Assembly: GCA_041906785.1 (NCBI GenBank)
Contig: JAYRIM010000023.1
Location: 64,019 to 128,018 of the forward strand
Reading direction: 5' to 3'
From: Candidatus Levyibacteriota bacterium
GTDB lineage: Bacteria > Patescibacteriota > Microgenomatia > Levybacterales > UBA12049
DNA length: 64,000 bases
Shown here: positions 53,788 to 62,352 of the stretch, in pieces
Position numbering within the stretch: position 1 is the first letter of the stretch
Layout of the letters: each line of letters opens with the position of its first letter
Notes under the pieces: generated by a model
The model's database searches: none
Seen by the model: the letters and a program-made list of their open reading frames with translations, nothing else
Told to the model about the DNA's origin: nothing
Program-made: the position numbers and the translations under genes

Positions 53788-56712
53788 ATGGCAGACACCA
53801 TAGCCTTCAACGAAGAACAGATAAAAGCAGTACAGCATGGAGATGGTCCACTGCTGATAATTGCTGGTGCTGGAACAGGTAAAACAACAGTTATCACACA
53901 GCGCATAAAGTATCTTATTTTAGAAAAAAAAGTTGATCCATCATCGATCTTGGCATTAACCTTTACTGAAAAAGCTGCGAAAGAAATGGAAGAACGGGTA
54001 GATATCGCACTTCCTTATGGGTACACGCAACTTTGGATTTCTACTTTTCATTCTTTCTGCGACAGAATCCTCCGAGATGAAGCTGTTCATATAGGTCTTA
54101 ATCCGGCTTTCAAATTATCTACAGAAGCAGAATCAATGCTCTTTTTGAAAAAAAATCTTTTTAAACTCCAATTAGATTACTTCCGTCCTTTAGGTAATCC
54201 TTACAAGTTTCTTCAGGGAATGCTGCAGCATTTCAGCCGTGTGAAGGATGATGATATTACTCCAGAAGATTATTGCAAATTTGCAGAAGAAATGAAGCAA
54301 AATACAGCTGAAGATCCACTAGAAGTTAAAAAAGTGGTTGAGCTTGCATACGCTTATAAAACGTATGAAGAACTAAAAGTTAAAGAAGGTATTATGGATT
54401 TTGCTGATTTAAATGCTAATGTTCTTAAACTTTTCCGAATGCGTTCAAATATTCTCGCCTATTATCAAAAAAAATTTCAGTATATTCTCGTTGATGAATT
54501 CCAAGATACAAATTATGCCCAAAACGAATTGGCAATGTTGCTCGCAGGTAAAAAAAGAAATATTAATGTGGTAGGGGACGATGACCAATCAATTTACCGT
54601 TGGCGTGGAGCAGCAATTGCAAATATCATTCACTTCCGTGAACACTATCCTGAAGCTGCAATTGTAACATTAACTCACAATTACCGCTCGTCAGAAGAGA
54701 TCCTTGATGCTGCATACAGACTCATTCAACATAATAATCCTGACAGGTTAGAAGTAAAAGAACATATAAATAAAAAACTACTAGCTGTACGAGGAAAAGC
54801 CAAAACAGAAGTCGAATTCCTGTATGCAAATAGGGTAGAAAATGAAGCAGAAGCCGTAAAAAACACTATTAAAAAGCTCGTCAAAGAGAACAATCTCAGC
54901 TTTAGAGATATTGCTATTTTAGTTCGAGCAAATGACCATGCCCAGCCTTTCGTCCGGGCACTCGAACGGGCGAAAATACCCTATCAGTTTTTAGGACCGG
55001 GGCATTTATTTCATCAGGAAGAAATTAAAGATTTAATTGCGTATTTAAAAGTGCTTTATAACTTTGAAGATAATGCAGCAATGTATAGAGTGTTAACACT
55101 ACCCATGTTTCAATTAGAAGCGCGGGATATTGCTGCTTTACTGAACCATGCAAAAAAGCAGAATTGCACGCTATTTGAAGCTTGCGAGCAAGCAGAAACG
55201 CTTTACCTACAAGATAAGACGAAAACAAATATAAGCAAACTTATTGCGATGATTAAAAAACACTTACAATCAGTCCCACGTGAGACAGCTGGACAAATTC
55301 TATACTACTTTCTAGAAGATTCAGGATTACTCCAACAATATCTCGGTGCTCAGCTACCACAAGAAGAAAAAAAAGCGCAAAATATTGCAAGGTTTTTTGA
55401 GCGTTTGAAGTCATTTGAAGCAGGGCATCCTGATGCATCTGTTTTCGCTGTGGTTGATTGGATCGAGCTTGCCATGCAATTAGGAGAAAGTCCGCTTGCA
55501 GCAGATATGGATTGGTCGATCAATAATGCTGTCAATATACTAACTGTTCATTCAAGTAAAGGATTAGAGTTTCCTGCTGTATTTCTCGTCAGTCTTGTCT
55601 CACAACGTTTTCCGACAAGAGATAGAAAAGAACAAATCCCAGTGCCCGAGAACATGATTAAAGAGCAACTTCCAGAAGGTGACTATAATCTTCAGGAAGA
55701 GCGCCGGCTTTTCTATGTAGGTATGACTCGTGCGAAAGATTTCTTATTCCTTTCTGCGTCACAATTTTACGGAGAAGGACGAAGAGAACGAAAAATATCT
55801 CCATTTGTCTTCGAAACACTTGGCGAAAACAAAATTAATACAATTATTAAGAAAGAAAAGGATGCACAAGTTGTTCAGCAACTATCTTTATTAGATCTCG
55901 CGAATGATAAAATCCAGCAAGAAAACCCGACAACTCATACCCCACAACTCACAACCCACAACTCACAACCAATTTCATATATTTCTTATTCTCAAATTCA
56001 ATCTTTCGATATATGTCCCCTGCATTATAAATTGCGATATATTTTAAAAGTACCTCCAGTTACTACAGCTGCCCAAAGTTTCGGCATGAGTGTGCACGCT
56101 GTATTGCGTGATTATTACCAACATATGATTAATGGTGAGCCTATTGAAAAGCTATCAATTGAAACGCTCTTACGGGACCGCTGGATTCCAATCGGATTTG
56201 AAAGTAAAGAACACGCAGCATCAGCATTTGAGGAAGCAAAATCGGCTCTTATCCAATTCGTGGAAAAGAACGGAAATGCTTCAGTAAAACCGCTGGGATT
56301 AGAAATACCATTTTCTTTCTATATGAATGGTATTAAAGTTGCTGGACGGATAGACCGTGTTGATGCATTACCAGATAATAAGATTGAAATTATTGATTAT
56401 AAAACAGGCTACCAAATACCAGATGAAAAAAAACTAGGTGATGACTTACAGTTATCCTTATATGCACTTGCTGCTTCTGAAGTTCATGATGTAATTTTTA
56501 ATAAAAAACCTGAAGAAATAATTCTTTCGTTATGGTATGTTGAAAAGGACGTAAAAATCTCTACCACTCGAACTGCCGCAGAACTTGAAGTCGTAAAACA
56601 GCAACTGCTAGAAAAGATTGAACAGATCAGTAAAAGTCCGTTTACCTGTCGTGGAAGTATGCTTTGTAATAATTGTGAATATAAAATGCTTTGCCAGACC
56701 TTTTTAAGTTAA
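53788..56712 (+). CDS. UvrD/PcrA-family SF1 helicase fused to a C-terminal PD-(D/E)xK (RecB/Cas4/AddB-type) nuclease with Cys cluster
   Basis: Helicase motifs GAGTGKTT, DEFQDTN, VGDDDQSIYRWRGA, VHSSKGLEF. C-terminal IDRVD…IIDYKTG…QLSLY nuclease motifs and FDICPLHY…CRGSMLCNNCEYKMLC (4 Cys, Fe-S-type as in AddB/Cas4). Confidence 0.8.
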   Translation: MADTIAFNEEQIKAVQHGDGPLLIIAGAGTGKTTVITQRIKYLILEKKVDPSSILALTFTEKAAKEMEERVDIALPYGYTQLWISTFHSFCDRILRDEAVHIGLNPAFKLSTEAESMLFLKKNLFKLQLDYFRPLGNPYKFLQGMLQHFSRVKDDDITPEDYCKFAEEMKQNTAEDPLEVKKVVELAYAYKTYEELKVKEGIMDFADLNANVLKLFRMRSNILAYYQKKFQYILVDEFQDTNYAQNELAMLLAGKKRNINVVGDDDQSIYRWRGAAIANIIHFREHYPEAAIVTLTHNYRSSEEILDAAYRLIQHNNPDRLEVKEHINKKLLAVRGKAKTEVEFLYANRVENEAEAVKNTIKKLVKENNLSFRDIAILVRANDHAQPFVRALERAKIPYQFLGPGHLFHQEEIKDLIAYLKVLYNFEDNAAMYRVLTLPMFQLEARDIAALLNHAKKQNCTLFEACEQAETLYLQDKTKTNISKLIAMIKKHLQSVPRETAGQILYYFLEDSGLLQQYLGAQLPQEEKKAQNIARFFERLKSFEAGHPDASVFAVVDWIELAMQLGESPLAADMDWSINNAVNILTVHSSKGLEFPAVFLVSLVSQRFPTRDRKEQIPVPENMIKEQLPEGDYNLQEERRLFYVGMTRAKDFLFLSASQFYGEGRRERKISPFVFETLGENKINTIIKKEKDAQVVQQLSLLDLANDKIQQENPTTHTPQLTTHNSQPISYISYSQIQSFDICPLHYKLRYILKVPPVTTAAQSFGMSVHAVLRDYYQHMINGEPIEKLSIETLLRDRWIPIGFESKEHAASAFEEAKSALIQFVEKNGNASVKPLGLEIPFSFYMNGIKVAGRIDRVDALPDNKIEIIDYKTGYQIPDEKKLGDDLQLSLYALAASEVHDVIFNKKPEEIILSLWYVEKDVKISTTRTAAELEVVKQQLLEKIEQISKSPFTCRGSMLCNNCEYKMLCQTFLS

Positions 56713-56764
56713 ACAAGCCTGAAAAATTGCTAAAAAAGAGCCTATAGCATTCGATTTAAGAAAA

Positions 56765-56778
56765 TGGTATACTATAAT
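56765..56778 (+). promoter_or_regulatory. Extended -10 promoter element (TGgTATACTATAAT) immediately upstream of the rnpB 5' end
   Basis: TG-n-TATACT overlapping TATAAT, ending 2-7 nt before the predicted RNase P RNA P1 helix start. Confidence 0.4.
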
Positions 56779-56779
56779 T

Positions 56780-57159
56780 GTTCTGAGAATCTGAACCACT
56801 ACTCCGACGTACGTCGGAGAGGAAAGTCCAGACAGCAGTATGCATGGAGCGGAGTGTAAACTCCGGCTAGCAATAGCCAGTGTCTTGATTGCTTTTCCAC
56901 ATATGTAATCAAGAACAAATTCTGAATTGACAGAATTTGAGAGGAACAGAGACGAGTGGAGATGAAACGGCCAATCCTACCTGCTGCAACTTCCGAACGG
57001 TACGTTATTACCAGCATACGGAAGTACCAAAGTTAGAAGGCATTCCGATAACATCGGAACAATGTGACTTAACATCATATTGAGAGAGATTGTGGTTAAA
57101 CCCGACTTCGCTAAAGCTATGACGGGTGAAACAGAATCTGGCTTATACATTCTCAGAAC
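56780..57159 (+). ncRNA. rnpB: RNase P RNA (bacterial RNase P RNA)
   Basis: P1 helix GTTCTGAGAAT (56780..56790) pairs with ATTCTCAGAAC (57149..57159). Conserved P4 strands GGAAAGTCCAGAC (56821-) and ACAGAATCTGGCTTATAC (57131-), and GTAAACTCC. Terminator follows. Confidence 0.85.
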
Positions 57160-57163
57160 ATTA

Positions 57164-57193
57164 AAAATCCCCCCTTGAAAAAAGGGGGGGTTT
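57164..57193. terminator. Bidirectional rho-independent terminator (AAAAATCCCCCCTT-GAAAAA-AGGGGGGGTTT) shared by rnpB (+) and the ABC permease operon (-)
   Basis: Perfect GC-rich stem CCCCCCTT/AAGGGGGG flanked by an A-run upstream and a T-run downstream, between convergent transcription units. Confidence 0.7.
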
Positions 57194-57198
57194 AATGG

Positions 57199-57981
57199 CT
57201 AACTGCTCGCACTCGAGTATTGTCGTAGAGCATATCTCCAGAATGAATAGCTTAAAATCAGCGACAGCATACTAAAACCACAAGCCAAAAAAATACCTTG
57301 CAAAGATACCAAACCCAAAACAGCTTTTGCCGGAATTGTGATCATAGCTGCAACTGGAATAAAAAAGGTAAGGATCCATCGAAATGGATCTTTATAAATA
57401 TCTATCGGTATTCTTCCGAGTTGAGAGATATTTCTAAACATCCAAACTGCGTTATCCACCTCAGTTGTGATAACTCCCAATGAGAGAACAAAAATATGAA
57501 AAGAGATTGCGATAAGAATACCGTTCATTACTAATGTTACATACAGAATAATATCTATCAATTGTATATTCCCTATTTGCTGAAAAACATACGCGATATA
57601 CAGTCCCAGAGGAAATAATGTAAATAAATCTAAGATATCCGGCCCCCCAAAAAGACTTTGAAACAATGGCGACATGGGTTTTAATAAGAGATAATCAAAA
57701 CTTCCAGTTACTATATGGGATCTAAACCTGTAGACTTCTCGTAGAAGAAACTGGGCGATAATATCAACTAAATTATAGGTTAGAAAGAAAACAATTGCTT
57801 GCCACATACTGTATGTTCCTAATGATTTTGTTTTTCCTAAAAGAAGCATAAGAAATATGAGGAAAAAGGTAAACCGAATGATTTTTCCAAACAGAAAGAG
57901 AAGTACTCCAGACCGAGATGACATAGTTGTTTGTAATGTGCGCTGCATAATAATAATCCAGATATATAAATACTTTTTCAT
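57199..57981 (-). CDS. ABC-2-family transporter permease (paralog 4 of 4)
   Basis: About 6-TM ABC-2 type permease, 260 aa. Last gene of the minus-strand ABC operon. Confidence 0.65.
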   Translation of the reverse strand: MKKYLYIWIIIMQRTLQTTMSSRSGVLLFLFGKIIRFTFFLIFLMLLLGKTKSLGTYSMWQAIVFFLTYNLVDIIAQFLLREVYRFRSHIVTGSFDYLLLKPMSPLFQSLFGGPDILDLFTLFPLGLYIAYVFQQIGNIQLIDIILYVTLVMNGILIAISFHIFVLSLGVITTEVDNAVWMFRNISQLGRIPIDIYKDPFRWILTFFIPVAAMITIPAKAVLGLVSLQGIFLACGFSMLSLILSYSFWRYALRQYSSASS

Positions 57982-58805
57982 CTTCCTTGTGCTGTATATT
58001 CTTTAATACCTTTTTGCCAGATATAGCGTGTTAATCCATAAATGATAAAAACCCAGAATATCCCTATCAAAAACCCTTTAAAAATAAATATGTAAGATAT
58101 ATGCCCAAGATATACTTTTAACGGAAAATAAACCAAATACATAAAAGGTAAAAGCTCGAAAATACCATATACAGCTCTCGGAAGAATATCGAGAGGGAAA
58201 AGTCCCCCGGAAAAGAAACCTAATAATGTAATAAAAAGAAATCTTGGTCCCCATACTTCGTTACTCCAAAACCCATAGAAAGAAATAACAACACTGATAA
58301 AATAAAACAACAAAATTCCAATTATAATTGCTACTAGGAAAAGCACTAAATTTACAATATTCGTTTGCAGAAATATTGGCGGTTTTAATAAAAAATATAA
58401 AATAATAAACTCAATACATGCGAAAAAAACATTCATGGTTTTATCTGCGATATCTTTCGCGAAGTAGTACCTTAAATACTTAACAGGACGAAGTAAATAA
58501 TTTGAGAGGTTCCCATTGTTTATATCATCACCTATTTTTGACGTTTGAGATGAAAAAACTAAGGCTGTAATCACAGTCATTCCGAAAACATATGTTAAGA
58601 TTTGTGACCTTGAATAGTTAAAGATCGCTGTTTGATTTCCTAATACTCCTGTCCAAAGGAAAAACAATGTTAATACTTCAAGAACACTTCGAACTCTCCA
58701 AATAGCGAAGCTTACTCGATAGGTTACTGCTTCTTCCCAGGTATTTCTAGCGACAATAAAATATTTTTTCATACCAAATTTATCTGCAACTATGTGACTT
58801 TGCAA
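57978..58805 (-). CDS. ABC-2-family transporter permease (paralog 3 of 4)
   Basis: 275 aa, 6 TM. 4-nt overlap with the downstream permease. Confidence 0.65.
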   Translation of the reverse strand: MQSHIVADKFGMKKYFIVARNTWEEAVTYRVSFAIWRVRSVLEVLTLFFLWTGVLGNQTAIFNYSRSQILTYVFGMTVITALVFSSQTSKIGDDINNGNLSNYLLRPVKYLRYYFAKDIADKTMNVFFACIEFIILYFLLKPPIFLQTNIVNLVLFLVAIIIGILLFYFISVVISFYGFWSNEVWGPRFLFITLLGFFSGGLFPLDILPRAVYGIFELLPFMYLVYFPLKVYLGHISYIFIFKGFLIGIFWVFIIYGLTRYIWQKGIKEYTAQGR

Positions 58806-58820
58806 CTCTGCAACTCTTAA

Positions 58821-59609
58821 TCATCCACTCGCACTTGTGTAGTATCGTAATGCAAATTTCCAAAATGTTCTAGAAAGGAAGAAAAATAAAAATGCGAAAA
58901 AGAATAAAGCAACTACTTCAATTTTATCTGCTTTTCCTAATAAAAATTTTGTTGGAACAGACACCACCAAAGTAAATGGCATAAATACTAACAGACTAAA
59001 TAAAACGAGATTATCAAAAATTTCTCGCGGATATCTTGTGAGACCTGTAAACTGATCCAATAGCGCCTTTAGATTCATCAAATTTGTAAACCAGATGGTA
59101 AGTGTCATTATCATAAGCCATATACTGTATATAATAAGTAAACCAGCGATCAAAAGAAATAAAAAAAGAAAAAAATCTAAAAAACCTGGCGATTTTCTAA
59201 GTAGATGAAGCAAATAAAATGTAATTCCAATAGCAACAGGGATTCTGAAAAAAGCTCCAATATTTACATATCTGAAACTCATCCAAAATTGTGCATCTAC
59301 TGGTTTAATAAGATATTGATCTAATTTCCCGAAATGTATTATCCAAGCAAATCTATCCATATTTTTAGCTACAGTAGTTCTAAATATACCAATCATAATA
59401 TTAAAAATAGCAGTTAGCAGAAATAACTCTTCTCTTGTCCAGCCTTGCACAGACTTTGTTCTTGAGGTTAAAAGAAACATAACGATAAATGTAAATGATC
59501 CCCATGCCAAATGCGAAAATAAACTGTTGTAAAAACTCAGACGAAACGCGGTCATTTCTAAAAAACTATATTTTATAAAAAGATAATAAATATACATGTA
59601 CCGTTTCAT
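58821..59609 (-). CDS. ABC-2-family transporter permease (paralog 2 of 4)
   Basis: 262 aa, 6 TM, same family. Confidence 0.65.
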   Translation of the reverse strand: MKRYMYIYYLFIKYSFLEMTAFRLSFYNSLFSHLAWGSFTFIVMFLLTSRTKSVQGWTREELFLLTAIFNIMIGIFRTTVAKNMDRFAWIIHFGKLDQYLIKPVDAQFWMSFRYVNIGAFFRIPVAIGITFYLLHLLRKSPGFLDFFLFLFLLIAGLLIIYSIWLMIMTLTIWFTNLMNLKALLDQFTGLTRYPREIFDNLVLFSLLVFMPFTLVVSVPTKFLLGKADKIEVVALFFFAFLFFFLSRTFWKFALRYYTSASG

Positions 59610-59611
59610 AA

Positions 59612-60403
59612 TTATTGACCCATCCCTGTAAATTTTCTAATTCCTTTATTCCAGAGAAACCTATATAGCATCGCAAAAATCCCTATCCATAGTAGTTGAT
59701 TACATATCACATAGACTACACCTAATAAAGGTAACTTCCCTTGAAAACTAATTACTGGATAATAAATCATATAAGAGAAAGGTAATGCTTTTGCTATTCT
59801 ACTTATAGTGTCAGGCATAAGATCCAAAGGTAAAATATATCCTGCAAAAATTGTGATAGCAATATCAATAAAACTATAGAATCCTCTTGCATCTGTAAAC
59901 CAAAACGCGGTTAATCCAAGTACCATTTTGAAAACATGAGATAACATAAATGCAAAGATAACAGTTATGAAAGAGAGTAAAATAATAAATATATTTGAAG
60001 ATATTGTGAAAAATTGACCAAACAGATTTACAAAGAACAAACAAACTATAATTCCAAAAAAACCTTGTAGTAAACGATATGGAATTTCTCGAATAAAGTT
60101 TATCCAATAGTAAGAAAAAGGTTTTATAATGTATTTTACAAGCTGTCCTTGTTCGATATCTTCATGAGCTACATCATCTTCAATATGTGACATAAGCATT
60201 GCGCTTGCAATTATTAATAGAAAATAATAAGAAGCGACAGAAGAAAGTGACCACCCGTTAATACTCCCTTTCGTCAGAACACTTTTCCAAAAAAAAAGAA
60301 AAATTAAAGGGTCAAAAAGAGCGATAAGAAACCATACGAGTGAAACTCCTCGTCTTTCGAACACATATTGGAAATGGAGCAAAAAAATTCTGACATAACG
60401 CAT
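59612..60403 (-). CDS. ABC-2-family transporter permease (paralog 1 of 4)
   Basis: 263 aa, 6 TM, same family. 2-nt gap to the next gene. Confidence 0.65.
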   Translation of the reverse strand: MRYVRIFLLHFQYVFERRGVSLVWFLIALFDPLIFLFFWKSVLTKGSINGWSLSSVASYYFLLIIASAMLMSHIEDDVAHEDIEQGQLVKYIIKPFSYYWINFIREIPYRLLQGFFGIIVCLFFVNLFGQFFTISSNIFIILLSFITVIFAFMLSHVFKMVLGLTAFWFTDARGFYSFIDIAITIFAGYILPLDLMPDTISRIAKALPFSYMIYYPVISFQGKLPLLGVVYVICNQLLWIGIFAMLYRFLWNKGIRKFTGMGQ

Positions 60404-60472
60404 AAAAAGAATTAGCGATTAGCGAATAAGCGATTAGCTTCTAGATTTTAACTAAACGCTAGACCTCATGTT

Positions 60473-61450
60473 CTAAACGCTTTTCTTAGTAAATATATCC
60501 CTAATAATATCTTCTATATCTGGCTCTTCGATATTAATATCATCAACTGGAAATTCTTCAAGCAACTTCGCTGCTACATGTTTCGTTTTTTCAAATGGAA
60601 CAGATAAAACTACTTTTGGGAAATCATATTGTTCAATGTTACCTAATTTTTCCAGTTTTTCTTTCGAAACTTTTTCTTCAAAGGTTACAGAAAGATATTT
60701 ATTTGCAGAATATTCTTTTACGATATCAGCTAATTTTCCATCATAGAGAATTTTTCCATGGTCAATGATGATAACCCGCTCACAAAGTTGACGGACATCT
60801 TCCATATAATGACTGGTTAATAAGATAGTCGCTTTATATCGAGCATTATATTCTTTAATAAAATCGCGAAGTTTCTTCTGCATAACCACATCAAGCCCGA
60901 TAGTTGGCTCATCAAGAAATAAAACTTTTGGCGAATGAATTAACGCAGCGATAAGTTCACATTTCATCCGCTGCCCGAGTGATAATTTTCGCACCTGGAC
61001 ATTCAATACATCTTTAACGTCGAGAAGTTCTGATAATTCATGTAATACTTCGTGATATCTCCTGTCTGGAACTTCATAAATTTCTTTATTTAATAAGAAT
61101 GAGTCTATAGCTGGGAGATCCCACCATAATTGGTTTTTTTGCCCCATGACGAGAGCTATTTTCTTTAGAAAATTGTTGTTTCGTTCAAATGGAGTGAAGC
61201 CAAGAACGTTCACATCGCCGCTCGTCGGATAGAGGAGACCAGATAAACATTTTAATGTCGTAGTTTTACCAGCGCCATTTGGACCGATAAATCCGACAAG
61301 TTCACCTTCTTCTATAGAAAAAGAGATAGCATCTACAGCTTTTGCATCATAATGTTTTCTATTAAAAAGAGATTTTAAAGAACCGATAAAACCAGGCTCT
61401 TTTTGATAAACTTTGTAATACTTTGAGAGATTGGATACTGATATTACCAT
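60473..61450 (-). CDS. ABC transporter ATP-binding protein
   Basis: Walker A GPNGAGKTTTLK, signature LSLGQRMK, Walker B VLFLDEPTIGLD, H-loop TSHYM. 325 aa with a C-terminal extension. Confidence 0.9.
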   Translation of the reverse strand: MVISVSNLSKYYKVYQKEPGFIGSLKSLFNRKHYDAKAVDAISFSIEEGELVGFIGPNGAGKTTTLKCLSGLLYPTSGDVNVLGFTPFERNNNFLKKIALVMGQKNQLWWDLPAIDSFLLNKEIYEVPDRRYHEVLHELSELLDVKDVLNVQVRKLSLGQRMKCELIAALIHSPKVLFLDEPTIGLDVVMQKKLRDFIKEYNARYKATILLTSHYMEDVRQLCERVIIIDHGKILYDGKLADIVKEYSANKYLSVTFEEKVSKEKLEKLGNIEQYDFPKVVLSVPFEKTKHVAAKLLEEFPVDDINIEEPDIEDIIRDIFTKKSV

Positions 61451-61463
61451 AAGCGTAAAGCAA

Positions 61464-61841
61464 CTAGCGTTTAGCGTCTAGATTATTATTCATTTTTTTA
61501 ATCATTGAATTCAACATACGTAAAACCTCGTCTAGTAATTGTTCTGCTTTCAAAAAATATTCATTCTCTGTTAGTTGAAGTTCTTTCGCAATAAGCATTT
61601 GTGTTTCTAGCTCAAGAGCAGATCCATATGATATCAGACATGCATGAATATATTCTTTTTTCGATCCTCTGCCATATCCTTCAGCAATATTTGATGGTAT
61701 AGAGACAGATGCTTTACGCATTTGTATGATAATGCCATACATCTCTGATTTTGGAAACTTTTCTGTTACTATATACACTTCTTTTACTAACTCTATAGAT
61801 TTTTTCCAAACAATTAATTCTTTATATGTTTTAATGTACAT
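61464..61841 (-). CDS. Four-helix-bundle protein (TIGR02436 family; '23S rRNA intervening-sequence protein'-like)
   Basis: YKELIVWKKSIELVKEVYIVTEKFPKSEMYGIIIQMRKASVSIPSNIAEGYGR…EYIHACLISYGSALELETQMLIAKEL matches this family's characteristic pattern. Confidence 0.75.
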   Translation of the reverse strand: MYIKTYKELIVWKKSIELVKEVYIVTEKFPKSEMYGIIIQMRKASVSIPSNIAEGYGRGSKKEYIHACLISYGSALELETQMLIAKELQLTENEYFLKAEQLLDEVLRMLNSMIKKMNNNLDAKR

Positions 61842-61896
61842 TATCTAAACGCTATACGCTAATTTACTAATTACTCTGCTACATATGATTATAACA

Positions 61897-61930
61897 AAAG
61901 AAGCCCTTCAATAATATGAAGAGCTTCTTT
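61897..61930. terminator. Hairpin terminator downstream of the HU gene (AAAGAAGCCCTTCA-ATAATAT-GAAGAGCTTCTTT)
   Basis: Imperfect 12-13 bp stem with A-rich and T-rich flanks, 20 nt past the HU stop codon. Confidence 0.5.
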
Positions 61931-61950
61931 ATATAAAACGAGTAACAATG

Positions 61951-62253
61951 TTATTTAATCGATCTTTTAAATGACTTTCCTGCAGTAAAACCAGGTGTTT
62001 TTCTGGCTGGAAGTTGAATTCTTTCTCCAGTCTTTGGATTCCGTCCTGGTCGAGCTTTTTTCGGACGAAGACTAAATGTTCCAAATCCGGTTAATACTAC
62101 TTTCTCTCCTCGCTTTAAAGAATCTTGAACAGTTGAGAGAAACGTTTGGACGACATCACGCGTGGCTTTACTAGTAAGATTCGTTTTTTTCGCAACAACT
62201 TCAATAATATCGTTCTTAGTAATATGAATCACCCCCCAAAAAAGTCTGATCAA
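61951..62253 (-). CDS. hup: HU/IHF-family nucleoid-associated DNA-binding protein
   Basis: GFGTFSLRPKKARPGRNPKTGERIQLPARKTPGFTAGKSFK (HU beta-arm). The true start may be the internal GTG (MIHITKNDIIE…) just after a GGGGGG run. Confidence 0.85.
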   Translation of the reverse strand: MIRLFWGVIHITKNDIIEVVAKKTNLTSKATRDVVQTFLSTVQDSLKRGEKVVLTGFGTFSLRPKKARPGRNPKTGERIQLPARKTPGFTAGKSFKRSIK

Positions 62254-62352
62254 ATGGAGATATTTTCGCAGATAATAAATAGTATGAGCAGTTTGTCATG
62301 AACAACGACGAACAGATTAACAATACAATGAAAACGAAGTGTTTGTCAAGAG

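Noticed and set aside
56799-57017. 72-aa minus-strand ORF
   Set aside because: Lies entirely inside the RNase P RNA gene (56780..57159) and has no coding features. It is an artefact of ORF calling on a structured RNA.
60411-60438. Tandem ATTAGCG repeats considered as a CRISPR-like array
   Set aside because: Units are 7-9 nt with no spacers. Far too short for CRISPR; treated as a regulatory/simple repeat.
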